A stretch of DNA of 33,992 bases from Nemertoderma westbladi (Eukaryota; Animalia; Xenacoelomorpha), in assembly GCA_032718475.1 (NCBI GenBank), contig JAUCBJ010005748.1, positions 1 through 33,992 on the forward strand, given 5' to 3'. Shown one piece after another: positions 21,259 to 33,305 of the stretch (positions within the stretch are counted from its first letter, which is position 1; each line of letters begins with the position of its first letter). The notes under the pieces are model-generated. The model was given only the letters and a program-made list of their open reading frames with translations, did no database searches and had not been told where the DNA came from. The position numbers were made by a program, and so were the translations under genes.

Positions 21259-21789
21259 TGTGACGGGATCTACGGATCCCGGTTTATCCGTTTGGGTTTT
21301 CTATCCACGCGTCCCCGCCGTGTGTGAAAGGTAAAAGAGTTCTGATGTTGGGTAATATGTATAAAGGTATAATAGTCTGATATATATGTAATATAGTATG
21401 ACACAACAGGTAATATAAGTATGATGGCGGTAGCGGACGGTGACAGAAGTCCCCGTTCCACCCTACTGATCTGACTGAGTAAACTGAATAACTGACCGGT
21501 ATGATTACTGGTAACTGGTTATATTGCACGGTGGCCTTATTGCTACTCAATCGATGCCTTTCCCCCCTCTGATTGGTTGATACCCCTGTTGGCACCCTTT
21601 GCCCCCCTCTGAAGTGCTTCCCTTCGCCCTTGCTGTTCTCTCTCTTGTCAGGGGAGTAACCCCTGACCCTTATTGTGTGTGTCTCCTTTGGGGCCTATTG
21701 TCCCCGTTTACTGGGCTGACAATAGGCTCCCAATATTGCTTTATGGCTCACTCTATGGGTTTGTGTTAGCGGAATTGGATAAGCTAACA
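21259..21789 (-). mobile_element. 531-bp LTR (3' LTR of a minus-strand LTR retroelement)
   Basis: Minus strand starts TGTTAG (21789) and ends GTCACA (21259); preceded by polypurine tract GGGGGGGAG (21798-21790); contains CCAAT (~21575), TATA-like AATATAA (~21522) and TCAGT initiators about 30-45 nt downstream; partner LTR not in window. Confidence 0.8.
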
Positions 21790-23922
21790 CTCCCCCCCAT
21801 GCTATCTTCCCGGTGAGAAGATAGCATCCAACTCAAGTGCGCTACAATTCCGCTGGATCCCGATCTATTATCGGGTGTGGGGTGGGTCTATTTTTTCGGA
21901 GTCGGCTTTCCAGGCCGCTCCCTATGGGTATGATGTCACTACCCTCTGGCGTCTCGTGTCGGGCCGATCGTGCGCTTCTCTCACACAATTTTTGTTTCCC
22001 CAACACTCTCACCACTCTACTCCAACTCTCACATACTCCCGGACCTCCTCGTCCCACACTCTTCCTCTCACTTCTCCTCCCCCACACTTGAATTGCGCCC
22101 ACGCTCTCTTCGCACTCCGCACTAGTTACCCCATCCCTCTCTTGTCACTCCCTAAGGCTTTAATCTCTAATGCTACCCCTGTGCTATCATACTATCTATT
22201 TACAGCTTACTAACTCTAACTATCTAACTAACTCTGCTAACTACTAACTCTTACTACTTCTAGCTCTAACTGAGAGCCTCTAACTTTCTACTGACTCTAA
22301 CTCTCTACTAAGTCTAACTAACTCCTACTAACTTTCTACTTCTACTAACTCTACTTGACTCCTCTGAGTCTACCAACTCTGCTAACTAGCTCTACTAACT
22401 CTACTCCACTAGCTCTGCTAACTCTACTCCACTCTTCTAACTACGTGGCGCTTGCGGTGCCCACAACCACTCTACTATCTGGCACCCTATGTGCCCTTCT
22501 ACTACTCAACTACCTCTCTAGCTCTACTACCTGGCACCCTATGTGCCCCCTCTGCTCTACTCTACTACCTGGCACCCTATGTGCCCTCTCTACTACACTA
22601 CTACCTCTCTAACTTACTACCTGGCACCCTATGTGCCCGTCTCTACTCTTCTACTCTCTGGCACCCTATGTGCCCGTCTCTACTCCTCTACATCCCCTTT
22701 ACGTCTCATCGCCTACACGTGACGCTCTGAGTGCCGGCAGAGTGGGTACGTTAATTATGTGAACTACTACTGACTCTACTAACTCTACTAACTCTCTTCT
22801 AACTCTACTAACTCTTTTTTTGTGCCCGGCACCTCTTGTGCACGGCACCTTCTAACTCTACTAACTCTCTACGTGGCGCTAACGGTGCCCACAACCACAA
22901 CCGGTACTACGTACCCTCTTACTAACTCTACCTCTATCTACGTGGCGCTAACGGTGCCCACAACCACAACCGGTACTACTACGTACCCTCTTACTAACCT
23001 CTAACTCCCACTAACTCTAATTAACATACCCTGCTCTTACATCACACACATCATCACGCCCGTGCCCCACTAAGTTCAGCGCATTCCCTACTAACTCTAA
23101 CTACGTGGCGCTTACGGTGCCCACAACCCTCTACTGCTACTACTTTCTATGTGGCGCTTACGGTGCCCACAACCATTCTACTACTAACTCTACTCTGCTA
23201 ACTCTCTACTAACGGTACTACGTACCCTCTAACTCTTACTCTAACTAGCGGTACTACGTACCCTCTCACTACTCCACTCCACTAACTGACGGTACTACGT
23301 ACCCTCTAACTCTTACTCTCTAACCGGTACTTACGTACCCTCTAACTCTAACTAACTAGCGGTACTTACGTACCCTCTAACTCTAACTCTAACTAACGGT
23401 ACTACGTACCCTCTAACTCTAACTCTAACTAGGTACTACGTACCTACTAACTCTCTAACTAGGTACTACGTACCCTCTAACTCTAACTCTAACTAGGTAC
23501 TACGTACCTACTGACTCTCTAACTAACTCTAGGTACTACGTACCTACTAACTCTCTAACTCTAGGTACTACGTACCTACTAACTCTAACTCTAACTAACG
23601 GTACTACGTACCCTCTAACTCTAACTAGGTACTACGTACCTTCTAACTCTAACTCTAACTAGGTACTACGTACCTACTAACTCTCTAACTAGGTACTACG
23701 TACCCTCTAACTCTAACTCTAACTAGGTACTACGTACCTACTAACTCTCTAACTAGGTACTACGTACCCTCTAACTCTAACTCTAACTAGGTACTACGTA
23801 CCTACTGACTCTCTAACTAACTCTAGGTACTACGTACCTACTAACTCTCTAACTCTAGGTACTACGTACCTACTAACTCTAACTCTAACTAGGTACTACG
23901 TACCTACTAACTCTAACTCTAA
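21790..23922 (-). mobile_element. Non-coding internal region of the LTR element: PPT, then low-complexity array of short hairpins
   Basis: No gag/pol motifs; recurring GGCACCCTATGTGCC, GTGGCGCT(A/T)ACGGTGCCCAC and GGTACTACGTACC in CTCTAA/CTACT linkers; contiguous with the PPT; assignment to the LTR element is inferred. Confidence 0.6.
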
Positions 23923-26900
23923 CTAGTTGAATGTCGCTGAGTCCCGACTGCTCTAACCCTGCGACGCCTTCTCATCAAAATTCGGCGTCGCCTCACCAAC
24001 CGAGAAGGCCCAACTAGTAGGAATTTACGTCTCCAGCTGGATAGACCATACTAGGGGACACGCTACGCAAAAATGGTGAAAGTAAAAAAGCTAGAGGAGA
24101 AAATTCTAAGATACGCTCGGGAGCTCGATTTTTTAATTTCGACCTCGTAAGCGCGATACGCACGCAAACGCGGCCGCAATATGCGATAAAAAATTTTTCC
24201 ATTTTTTCCTCGGCTTCGTTGACCAACTTCAATTGTTTCAATCAAAATTTCTCTCGGTCAGAAGTTTCTACTGTCGATGAGCTTCGAATTCATCAAAAAA
24301 AAATCGGGGGTCCGGGGCTCCGTTTTCCCGCATTTACGCAAAACGCGTATTTTGCATGTTCGTGCGACAAGAGTCGCCGTACGGAAACGCCTATAGCTCG
24401 GCCGCGCGTTCACCTACGGATACGATTCTTTCGTTGTTGGATAGAGGAAAGATAGCTCTAGAAGAAATATTAACCACTTTTTTCCAAAGTCGTCGGGAAG
24501 TTGCGATATACGAAGCCCCAAAATCCGCAAATATCGCAATTGCGCAAAAATGCGAAAACGGCATTCCACGCTACTTTTTTTATTATCGGGGCTACGATCT
24601 CGAAACTTTTTTTAATAGACAGACCGAAGGGGGTAGTAACTTTTTGGATCTGGGTAATTTTTTGTTTAGAGCGAGTCTTCCGACCGAAAAGTGGGGCCGA
24701 ATATTTGCGACTCGCAAAAACACCCGATATTCAACTCGCAATATCTCGAGAACCGCTGATCCCCTGACCTTGAGACTAGAAACGGTCGAAATAACTTTTC
24801 ATTCTCTACAAAATCGCTTAACATTGTTTTTATAAAAAACGAATTTTTAAGGTCCCAAATTTCGGGTCCGCGGGGGCCCTCAAATCAAAGTTCAAAGTTC
24901 CGTAGCTCGGCCCCTAATGATTTATTTCAAAATTCCTTCAAAAGATAACCTTATAATTGCGATCGGTACCAGCATACCAAATTTCATCGAAATCGGAGAC
25001 AAAAAATTTTCGGATTTTTTTTTTTGAAAATTTCGATGCTCGCGGAGCTTGCGGTTTTTTCCCATTTTCAGAGCTCGAATTTTTTTTTTCTCAGAATCGG
25101 TCGAAATTTTTTTTTAAGTTAATTTGGGGTCGCTGATTCCGAATTTCGAGTCAGTTTTGCATTTCGACCTACGGTTCAAATTTTATAGGGGCCGAAAGTT
25201 CTAGAATTTTGATGTAATTTAAAACTTTTTTCGTAAACACTAAATCACCCCGAAAATGGCTGAAAACATTTTATTTAGTTAATTCGAGGTCGCTGGCACC
25301 GAATATCGAGTCAGTTTTACGTTTCGTCAAACCGGACTGGTTTTATAGGTCGTTAAAGTTCTAGAATAATAATTTAATTTTTTTAATTTTTTGTCAAACA
25401 CCAAATCTTGTCGAAATTTTTTCAAAACATTTTTCTAACCTAATTAGAGCATGCTGATCCCGAATCTGAAATCGGTTTTTTATTTGGACCAATGGTTCGG
25501 GAGTTATAAGGGCCCAAAGTACATGCAAAAAAATCAATTCAAATTTCCCGCCATTTTTGGATTTTGATATTTCGCCTACCCCCCTATTATCGATGATTCT
25601 AAACATTTTTGACTTTTAAATTTTTTCAATTTAGTGAATTCTTCATGGTCAAAATCGCGATTTAAAATATTTCATATATTTCGCTAATTATCAGACTTGC
25701 GATTGTAAGCGCGATACTTTGGACAACATTACTAGTCTTAGCGGGCTAAATTCCGGACATTCCAAAAATTTCTATATCTCCTGATCTACTGGGTCTTTTT
25801 TCGAAATTTAAAAACCAGCGTGTTCCTCATTGAAAATCATTAATATCCGTATCATAATTTCTACCTATATTATTCAGGTTTGGCCCTAGATTTCATTATA
25901 AATAGTAAATGAGGGCCCATCTATATATTTAACCATGTAACCTGCTCCTTTCCCTCAATTAGTTAAAGTGATCGTTTATTGTTTTGGTTAGAAAGGCCCG
26001 CCTCTGTAACCTGCTCCTTTCCCTCAATTCGTTAAAGTGATCGTTTATTGTTTTGGTTAGGAAATCCCGCCTCTGTAACCTGCTCCTTTCCCTCAATTAG
26101 TCAAGTGATCGTTTATTGTTTTGGTTAGAAAAGCCCGCCTCTGTAACCTGCTCCTTTCCCTCAATTAGTTAAAGTGATCGTTTATTGTTTTGGTTAGAAA
26201 AGCCCGCCTCTGTAACCTGCTCCTTTCCCTCAATTAGTCAAGTGATCGTTTATTGTTTTGGTTAGAATCTCCCGCCTCTGTAACCTGATCCTTTCCCTCA
26301 ATTAGTTAAAGTGATCGGTTTGGCCCTAGATTTCATTATAAATAGTAAATGAGGTTTTCAACTACCTACCTACCATCAATATATTTAACCATAATTGATG
26401 CCTATGATTCGAATAAGAATTACTTTTGGAGATTTCATTATAAATAGTAAATGAGGGCCCATCAATATATTTAACCATAATTGATGCCTACGATTCGAAT
26501 AAGAATTACTTTCGGGTGGGTGGGCACAATAAACTTTATTATCTTTTACCAAATTTCAACACATCACTACTACATATTTCTATCGTATATTTTACAAGGG
26601 CCGCATCTACAACGATTAATAATGAATGGATACTGCGCGCGATGTTTCTCGGGAGAAAAAACAAGTGTGGTCTCCACACGCGTCTACTTGCTTCGCCTCT
26701 TTCCCCCTTATAAATTGCTGGTGGCAATTACCTATCTATCGCTTAAGCGTATCTCTACCTTATCGCGGGGTTGCCCTAGTTGAATGTCGCTGAGTCCCGA
26801 CTGCTCTAACCCTGCGACGCCTTCTCATCAAAATTCGGCGTCGCCTCACCAACCGAGAAGGCCCAACTAGTAGGAATTTACGGCTCCAGCTGGCTAGACC

Positions 26901-28771
26901 ATATAAGGGGACACGCTACGCAAAAATGGTGAAACTGAAAAAGATAGAGGAGAAAATTCTAAGAGAAGTAGCTGAGCCCGATTTTTGAATTTCGACATCG
27001 TAAGCGCGATACGCACGCAAACGCAGTCGCGATATGCGATAAAAAAATTTCCGATTTTTTCCTCGGCTTCGTTGACCAACTTAAAAACTTTCAATCGAAA
27101 TTTCCCTCGTCAGAAAGTTTCTAATGTCGACGAGCTTCGAATTCATCAAAAAAAAATCGGGGGTCGTACCGTCCGTTTTCCCGCAATAACGCAAAACGCG
27201 TATTTTGCATGTTCGTGCGACAAGAGTCACCGTACGGAAACGCCTATAGCTCGGCCGCGCGTTCACCTACGGATACGATTCTTTCGTTGTTGGATAGAGG
27301 AAAGATAGCTCTACAAGAAATATTAACCACTTTTTTCCAAAGTCGTCGGGAAGTTGCGATAAACGAAGACCCAAAATCCGCAAATATCGCAAATGCGCAA
27401 AAATGCGAAAATGGCATTCCACGCTACTTTTTTTATTATCGGGGCTACGATCTCGAAACTTTTTTTAATAGACAGACCGAAGGGGGTAGTTACTTTTTGG
27501 ATCTGGGTAATTTTTTGTTTCGAGCGAGTCTTCCGCCCGAAAAGTGGGGCCGAATATTTGCAACTCGCAAAAACACCCGATATTCAATGCGCAATATCTC
27601 GAGAACTGCAAATCTCCTGACCTTGAGACTAGAAACGGTCGAAATAACTTTTCATTCTCTACAAAATCGCTTAACATTGTTTTTATAAAAAACGAATTTT
27701 TAAGGTCCCAAATTTCGGGTCCGCGGGGGCCCTCGAATCAAAGTTCAAAGTTCCGTAGCTCGGCCCCTAATGATTTATTTCAAAATTCCTTCAAAAGATA
27801 ACCTTATAATTGCGATCGGTACCAGCATACCAAATTTCATCGAAATCGGAGACAAAAAATTTTCGGATTTTTTTTTTTGAAAATTTCGATGCTCGCGGAG
27901 CTTGCGGTTTTTTCCGATTTTCAGAGCTCAAATTTTTTTTTTCTCAGAATCGGTCGAAATTTTTTTTTTAAGTTAATTTGGGGTCGCTGATTCCGAATTT
28001 CGAGTCAGTTTTGCATTTCGACCTACGGTTCGAATTTTATAGGGGCCGAAAGTTCTAGAATTTTGACGTAATTTAAAATTTTTTTCATAAACACTAAAAC
28101 GTCCCGAAATTGGCTGAAAACTTTTTATTTAGTTAATTCGAGGTCACTGGCACCGAATATCGAGTCAGTTTTACGTTTCGTCAAACCGGACTGGTTTTAT
28201 AGGTCGTTAAAGTTCTAGAATAATAATTTAATTTTTTTAATTTTTTGTCAAACACCAAATCTTGTCGAAATTTTTTCAAAACATTTTTCTAACCTAATTA
28301 GAGCATGCTGATCCCGAATCTGAAATCGGTTTTTTATTTGGACCAATGGTTTGGGAGTTATAAGGGCCCAAAGTACATGCAAAAAAATCAATTCAAATTT
28401 CCCGCCATTTTTGGATTTTGAGATTTCGCCTACCCCCCTATTATCGATGATTCTAAACATTTTTAACTTTTAAACTTTTTCAATTTAGTGAATTATTCAT
28501 GGTCAAAATCGCGATTTAAAATATTTCATATATTTCGCTAATTATCAGACTTGCGATTGTAAGCGCGATACTTTGGACAACATTACTAGTTTTAGCGGGC
28601 TAAATTCCGAACATTCCAAAAATTTCTATATCTCCCGATCTACTGGGTCTTTTTTCGAAATTTAAAAACCAGCATCTACCTCATTGAAAATCATTAATAT
28701 CTACATCATTATTTCTATCTATATTATTTAGGTTTGGCCCTAGATTTATTATAAAGAGTAAATAAGGGCCA
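23923..28771. repeat. About 2.0-kb direct duplication (23923-25918 and 26776-28771, offset 2853)
   Basis: Near-identical sequence; paired ORFs at 24356/27209 and 25394/28248. Confidence 0.95.
25936..26316. repeat. 68/69-bp minisatellite, about 5.5 copies
   Basis: TGTAACCTGCTCCTTTCCCTCAATTAG... at 25936, 26005, 26074, 26142, 26211, 26279. Confidence 0.95.
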
Positions 28772-28919
28772 ATGTAATTTAAAATTTTTTTCGTAAACAC
28801 TAAATCATCCTGAAATTGGCTGAAAACTTTTTATTTAGTTAATTCGAGGTCGCTGGCAACGAATATCGAGTCAGTTTTACATTTCGTCAAACCGGACTGG
28901 TTTTATAGGTCGTTAACGT

Positions 28920-30150
28920 TCTAGAATAATAATTTAATTTTTTTAATTTTTTAACAAACACCAAACCTTATTGGAATTTTTTCAAAACATTTTTATTATG
29001 TAACTGGAGTGTGCTGATCCCGAATCTGAAATCGTTTTTTTATTTGGACCAATAGTTCAAGAGTTATAAGGGCCCAAAGTGCATGCAAAAAAATCAATTC
29101 AAATTTCCCGCCATTTTTGGATTTTGAGATTTTGCCTACCCCCCTATTATCGATGATTCTAAACATTTTTGACTTTTAATCTTTTCCAATTAAGTGAATT
29201 CTTCATGGTCAAAATCGCGATTTAAAATGAGAATAATAATTTTATTTTTTTATTTTTTTTAACAAACACCAAACCTTATCGGAATTTTTTCAAAACATTT
29301 TTATAAGCTAAATGGAGCATGCTGATCCCGAATCTGAAATCGGTTTTTTATTTGGACCAATGGTTCGGGAGTTATAAGGGCCCAAAGTACATGCAAAAAA
29401 ATCAATTCAAATTTCCCGCCATTTTTGGATTTTAAGATTTCGCCTACCCCCCTATTATCGATAATTCTGAACATTTTTGACTTTTAAACTTTTTCAATTT
29501 AGTGAATTCTTCATGGTCAAAATCGCGATTTAAAATGAGAATAATAATTTTATTTTTTTATTTTTTTAACAAACACCAAACCTTATCGGAATTTTTTCAA
29601 AACATTTTTATAAGCTAAATGGAGCATGCTGATCCTGAATCTGAAATCGGTTTTGTATTTGGACCAACGGTTCGGGAGTTATAAGGGCCCATAGTACATG
29701 CAAAAAAATCAATTCAAATTTCCCGCCATTTTTGGATTTGGAGATTTCGCCTACCCCCCTATTATCGATGATTCTAAACATTTTTGACTTTTAAACTTTT
29801 TCAATTAAGTGAATTCTTCATGGTCAAAATCGCGATTTAAAATGAGAATAATAATTTTATTTTTTTATTTTTTTAACAAACACCAAACCTTATCGGAATT
29901 TTTTCAAAACATTTTTATAAGCTAAATGGAGCATGCTGATCCTGAATCTGAAATCGGTTTTGTATTTGGACCAACGGTTCGGGAGTTATAAGGGCCCAAA
30001 GTACATGCAAAAAAATCAATTCAAATTTCCCGCCATTTTTGGATATAGATATTTCGCCTACCCCCATATTATCGATGATCTTAACATTTTTGACTTTAAA
30101 ACTTTTTCAATTAAGTGAATTCTTCATGGTTAAAATCGCGATTTAAAATA
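28920..30150. repeat. 307/308-bp tandem repeat, about 4 copies, derived from an internal segment of the 2-kb unit
   Basis: GAGAATAATAATTTT junctions at 29229, 29537, 29844; unit corresponds to ~25363-25668. Confidence 0.92.
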
Positions 30151-30389
30151 TTTCATATATTTCGCTAATTATCAGACTTGCGATTGTAAGCGCGATACTT
30201 TGAACAACATTACTAGTCTTAGCGGGCTAAATTCCGAACATTCCAAAAATTTCTATATCTCCTGATCTACTGGGTCTTTTTTCGAAATTTAAAAACCAGC
30301 GTGTTCCTCATTGAAAATCATTAATATCTACATCATTATTTCTATCTATATCATTCAGGTTTGGCCCTTGATTTCATTATAAATAGTTA

Positions 30390-30962
30390 AGTGATCATTT
30401 ATGGTTTTGGTTAGAAAAGCCCGCCTCTGTAACCTGCTCCTTTCCCTCAATTAGTCAAGTGATCGTTTATTGTATTGGTTAGAAACTCCCACCTCTGTCA
30501 CCTGTTCCTTTCCCTCAATTAGTTAAAGTGATCGTTTATTGTTTTGGTTAGAAAAGCCCGCCTCTGTAACCTGCTCCTTTCCCTCAATTACTCAAGTGAT
30601 CGTTTATTGTTTTGGTTAGAAACTCCCTCCTCTGTAACCTGCTCCTTTCCCTCAATGAGTCAAGTGATTGTTTATTGTTTTGGTTAGAAAGGGCCCGCCT
30701 CTGTAACCTGCTCCTTTCCCTCAATTACTCAAGTGATCATTTATTGTTTTGGTTAGAAACTCCCGCCTCTGTAACCTGCTCCTTTCCCTCAATTAGTCAA
30801 GTGATCGTTTATTGTTTTGGTTAGAAAAGCCCGCCTCTGTAACCTGCTCCTTTCCCTCAATTAGTCAAGTGATCGTTTATTGTTTTGGTTAGAAACTCCC
30901 GCCTCTGTAACCTGCTCCTTTCCTCAATTAGTCAAGTGATTGTTTATTGTTTTGGTTAGAAA
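30390..30962. repeat. Second array of the 68/69-bp minisatellite, about 8.5 copies
   Basis: Same unit as 25936-26316. Confidence 0.95.
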
Positions 30963-31732
30963 AGGTTGGTAAACACTAAATCATCCTGAGATTGGCTGAA
31001 AACTTTTTATTTAGTTAATTAGAGGTCGCTGGCACCGAATATCGAGTCAGATTTACGTTTCGTCAAACCGGACTGGTTTTATAGGTCATTAAAGTTCTGG
31101 AATAATAATTTAATTTTTTTAATTTTTTGTCAAACACCAAATCTTGTCGAAATTTTTTCAAAACATTTTTATAATCTAAATGGAGCATGCTGATCCCGAA
31201 TCTGAAATCGGTTTTTTATTTGAACCAACGGTTCGGGAGTTATAAGGGCCCAAAGTACATGCAAAAAAATCATTTCAAATTTCCCTCCATTTTTGGATTT
31301 TGATATTTCGCCTACCCCCCTATTATCGATGATTCTAAACATTTTTGACTTTTAAACTTTTTCAATTAAGTGAATTCTTCATGGTCAAAATCGCGATTTA
31401 AAATATTTTATATATTTCGCTAATTATCAGACTTGCGATTGTAACCGTGATACTTAGGACAACATTACTTTACTAGTCTTAGCGGGCTAAATTCCGAACA
31501 TTCAAAACCTATCCTATACTATTCAGGTTTGGCCCTTTATGTCATTATAAATAGCAACTGTGATAAAGGGACAGAAAGGGGCATATTCAAATAATATATT
31601 TGTAAATTTGACAACAAATATTGTTTATTAGATAGCTCTAAATATACCAGATGATTATATAACAGTACATTTCCACACCAAATAAACATATATATATATT
31701 TCATATGTATGGTAGATATATCAAATATACAA

Positions 31733-31846
31733 ATATACAGCATAGGAGTTCATCACTAAGTTAAATATTAAAATACAGCATAGGAGTTTACCACTAAATT
31801 AAATATTCACATACAGCATAGGAGTTCACCACTAAATTAAATATTT
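31733..31846. repeat. About 38-bp tandem repeat x3 (ATACAGCATAGGAGTT...AAATATT)
   Basis: Directly visible. Confidence 0.85.
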
Positions 31847-32819
31847 TAAGTTTGAATATTTCCAGTCCATGAGTGATTTGAGTTAGTCAATGTAATTTCG
31901 GTTAAGAGTTTAGATTGATTCCGTTAATCTGTTTGTTGCTGAGTGCATGTCATTAGTATCCTCTATCCAACATATGTTGCCTATCATCAAGTATGAATCT
32001 TGAGGGAAATGCTGCATTCTAACATATCTTGGTTGATCTGAAAGATAAATTAACTAGTGCATTAATTTATTACTTTGGTAGCTATCATCCTCTTATCCAG
32101 ACTTTAGACTGGTATCAGTTGCATTAAATAAAATTCAATATTACAAATGATAGTGGATTTCCTACCATACAGAAATATATATAAATAAATTCCAATGTAA
32201 TTTTGTATTTAATTAAACTGCGTAATTTTATCTTTTTTTTGTAGTAATTCTATTGTAAAATATATTAAGTAAATAAACATAATTATCACCTCAACAAGAG
32301 ATGAGTTCAAGCAAGTTAGTAAACGGAAAACTGAAACTATATTAGTATGTTAGGTAACTAACTAACTATGATTATTAGTATACAAATGATAAGACATAGC
32401 AATAAAATATATAATAATATCAATGTTATACTAAAATAAAGTAAAAAAAAGAGATACATGAGGTATATGGTACTGAATCATGGTTCCTGGGTCTAGTCAG
32501 AGCGCGCAATGCTCGACTCAAAACTAGAGCAGTCCCCATGATTTAGAAAATAAAATAATAACAAGAAAATAATAACAAATAATAAGCAAAGCGCAACTGT
32601 AAATATTATATTAAGAAAATAAGAACATTAAAAGAACAGTAAAATAGATTTTACTATTGTAAATATGCCTACTATAGTATGTAGTAATAGCATGTATGTG
32701 ATGCTCTATGGTGTAATGTTATATAATGTAAATGGTGTAGCAGTGACGTGGTCTAGACTAAAGGAAAATATAAAAAAATAAAAATAAAATATACACCCAA
32801 TATAAATCAAATACCTTAC

Positions 32820-33305
32820 TGACAGAGATACAAACATAGAGACAGACCTCATACTTATATACAGGACAGATATAGAACAGACTGAGTAACTCAAAAACAG
32901 ACAGGTAGTAATACATACAACAAATACATATACCAACAGATATACATACAAATGGACAGACAGATCTCAAAACTGAATAACAGAAGAACATCCAGACTAA
33001 TAAACAATACATAAGACATTAGCAAACAGATACAGACATATATAGAAAAAACTGACAAACAGACATGAAATTAGACAAACTGACATATAGATAGAGACAA
33101 ACATAAGCAGACTAATATACAAACATACATATAAGGAGAGACAGACACAAGCAGACTGATATAGAGCAGACATCCTAACAGACATAAAAACACATAGAAA
33201 GACAGCCCATCAGACAAAGAATACATAACAGATACAGACATACATGGAACAGAGTGACTAACATACATAAAAACAGACAGACAGACATACAGACAAACAA
33301 ACACA
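32820..33305. repeat. Degenerate (ACAG/ATAC)n microsatellite
   Basis: Strand-asymmetric ACAG/ACAT-rich tract; explains the overlapping spurious minus-strand ORFs. Confidence 0.8.

Larger units (their letters stand above)
23923..31540. mobile_element. Large non-autonomous Helitron-like composite with internal duplications
   Basis: Begins abruptly at A|CTAG followed by GC-rich hairpins; no TSD or TIR seen; CGCGGGGTTGCCCTAG|T at 26764-26780 resembles a Helitron 3' end; internal satellite arrays; no Rep/helicase ORF; right boundary uncertain. Confidence 0.55.

Noticed and set aside
21837-23004. gag/env-like ORFs in the LTR interior
   Set aside because: Low-complexity L/T/S/Y translations of repeats; no zinc knuckle, protease, RT or integrase motifs
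22900-23922. CRISPR array (palindromic repeats with variable spacers)
   Set aside because: Repeats are only 13-15 bp, spacers are low-complexity and redundant, no cas genes, eukaryotic context
24014-28460. Duplicated 60-159 aa ORFs as protein-coding genes
   Set aside because: Open in several overlapping frames, no Rep/helicase or other domain motifs; duplication reflects DNA-level repeat copying
31915-32003. CFAP61 exon 3 candidate (DSVNLFVAE...)
   Set aside because: Only a 4-residue resemblance, lacks the expected W...PLNTLF motif and runs into a stop without a donor
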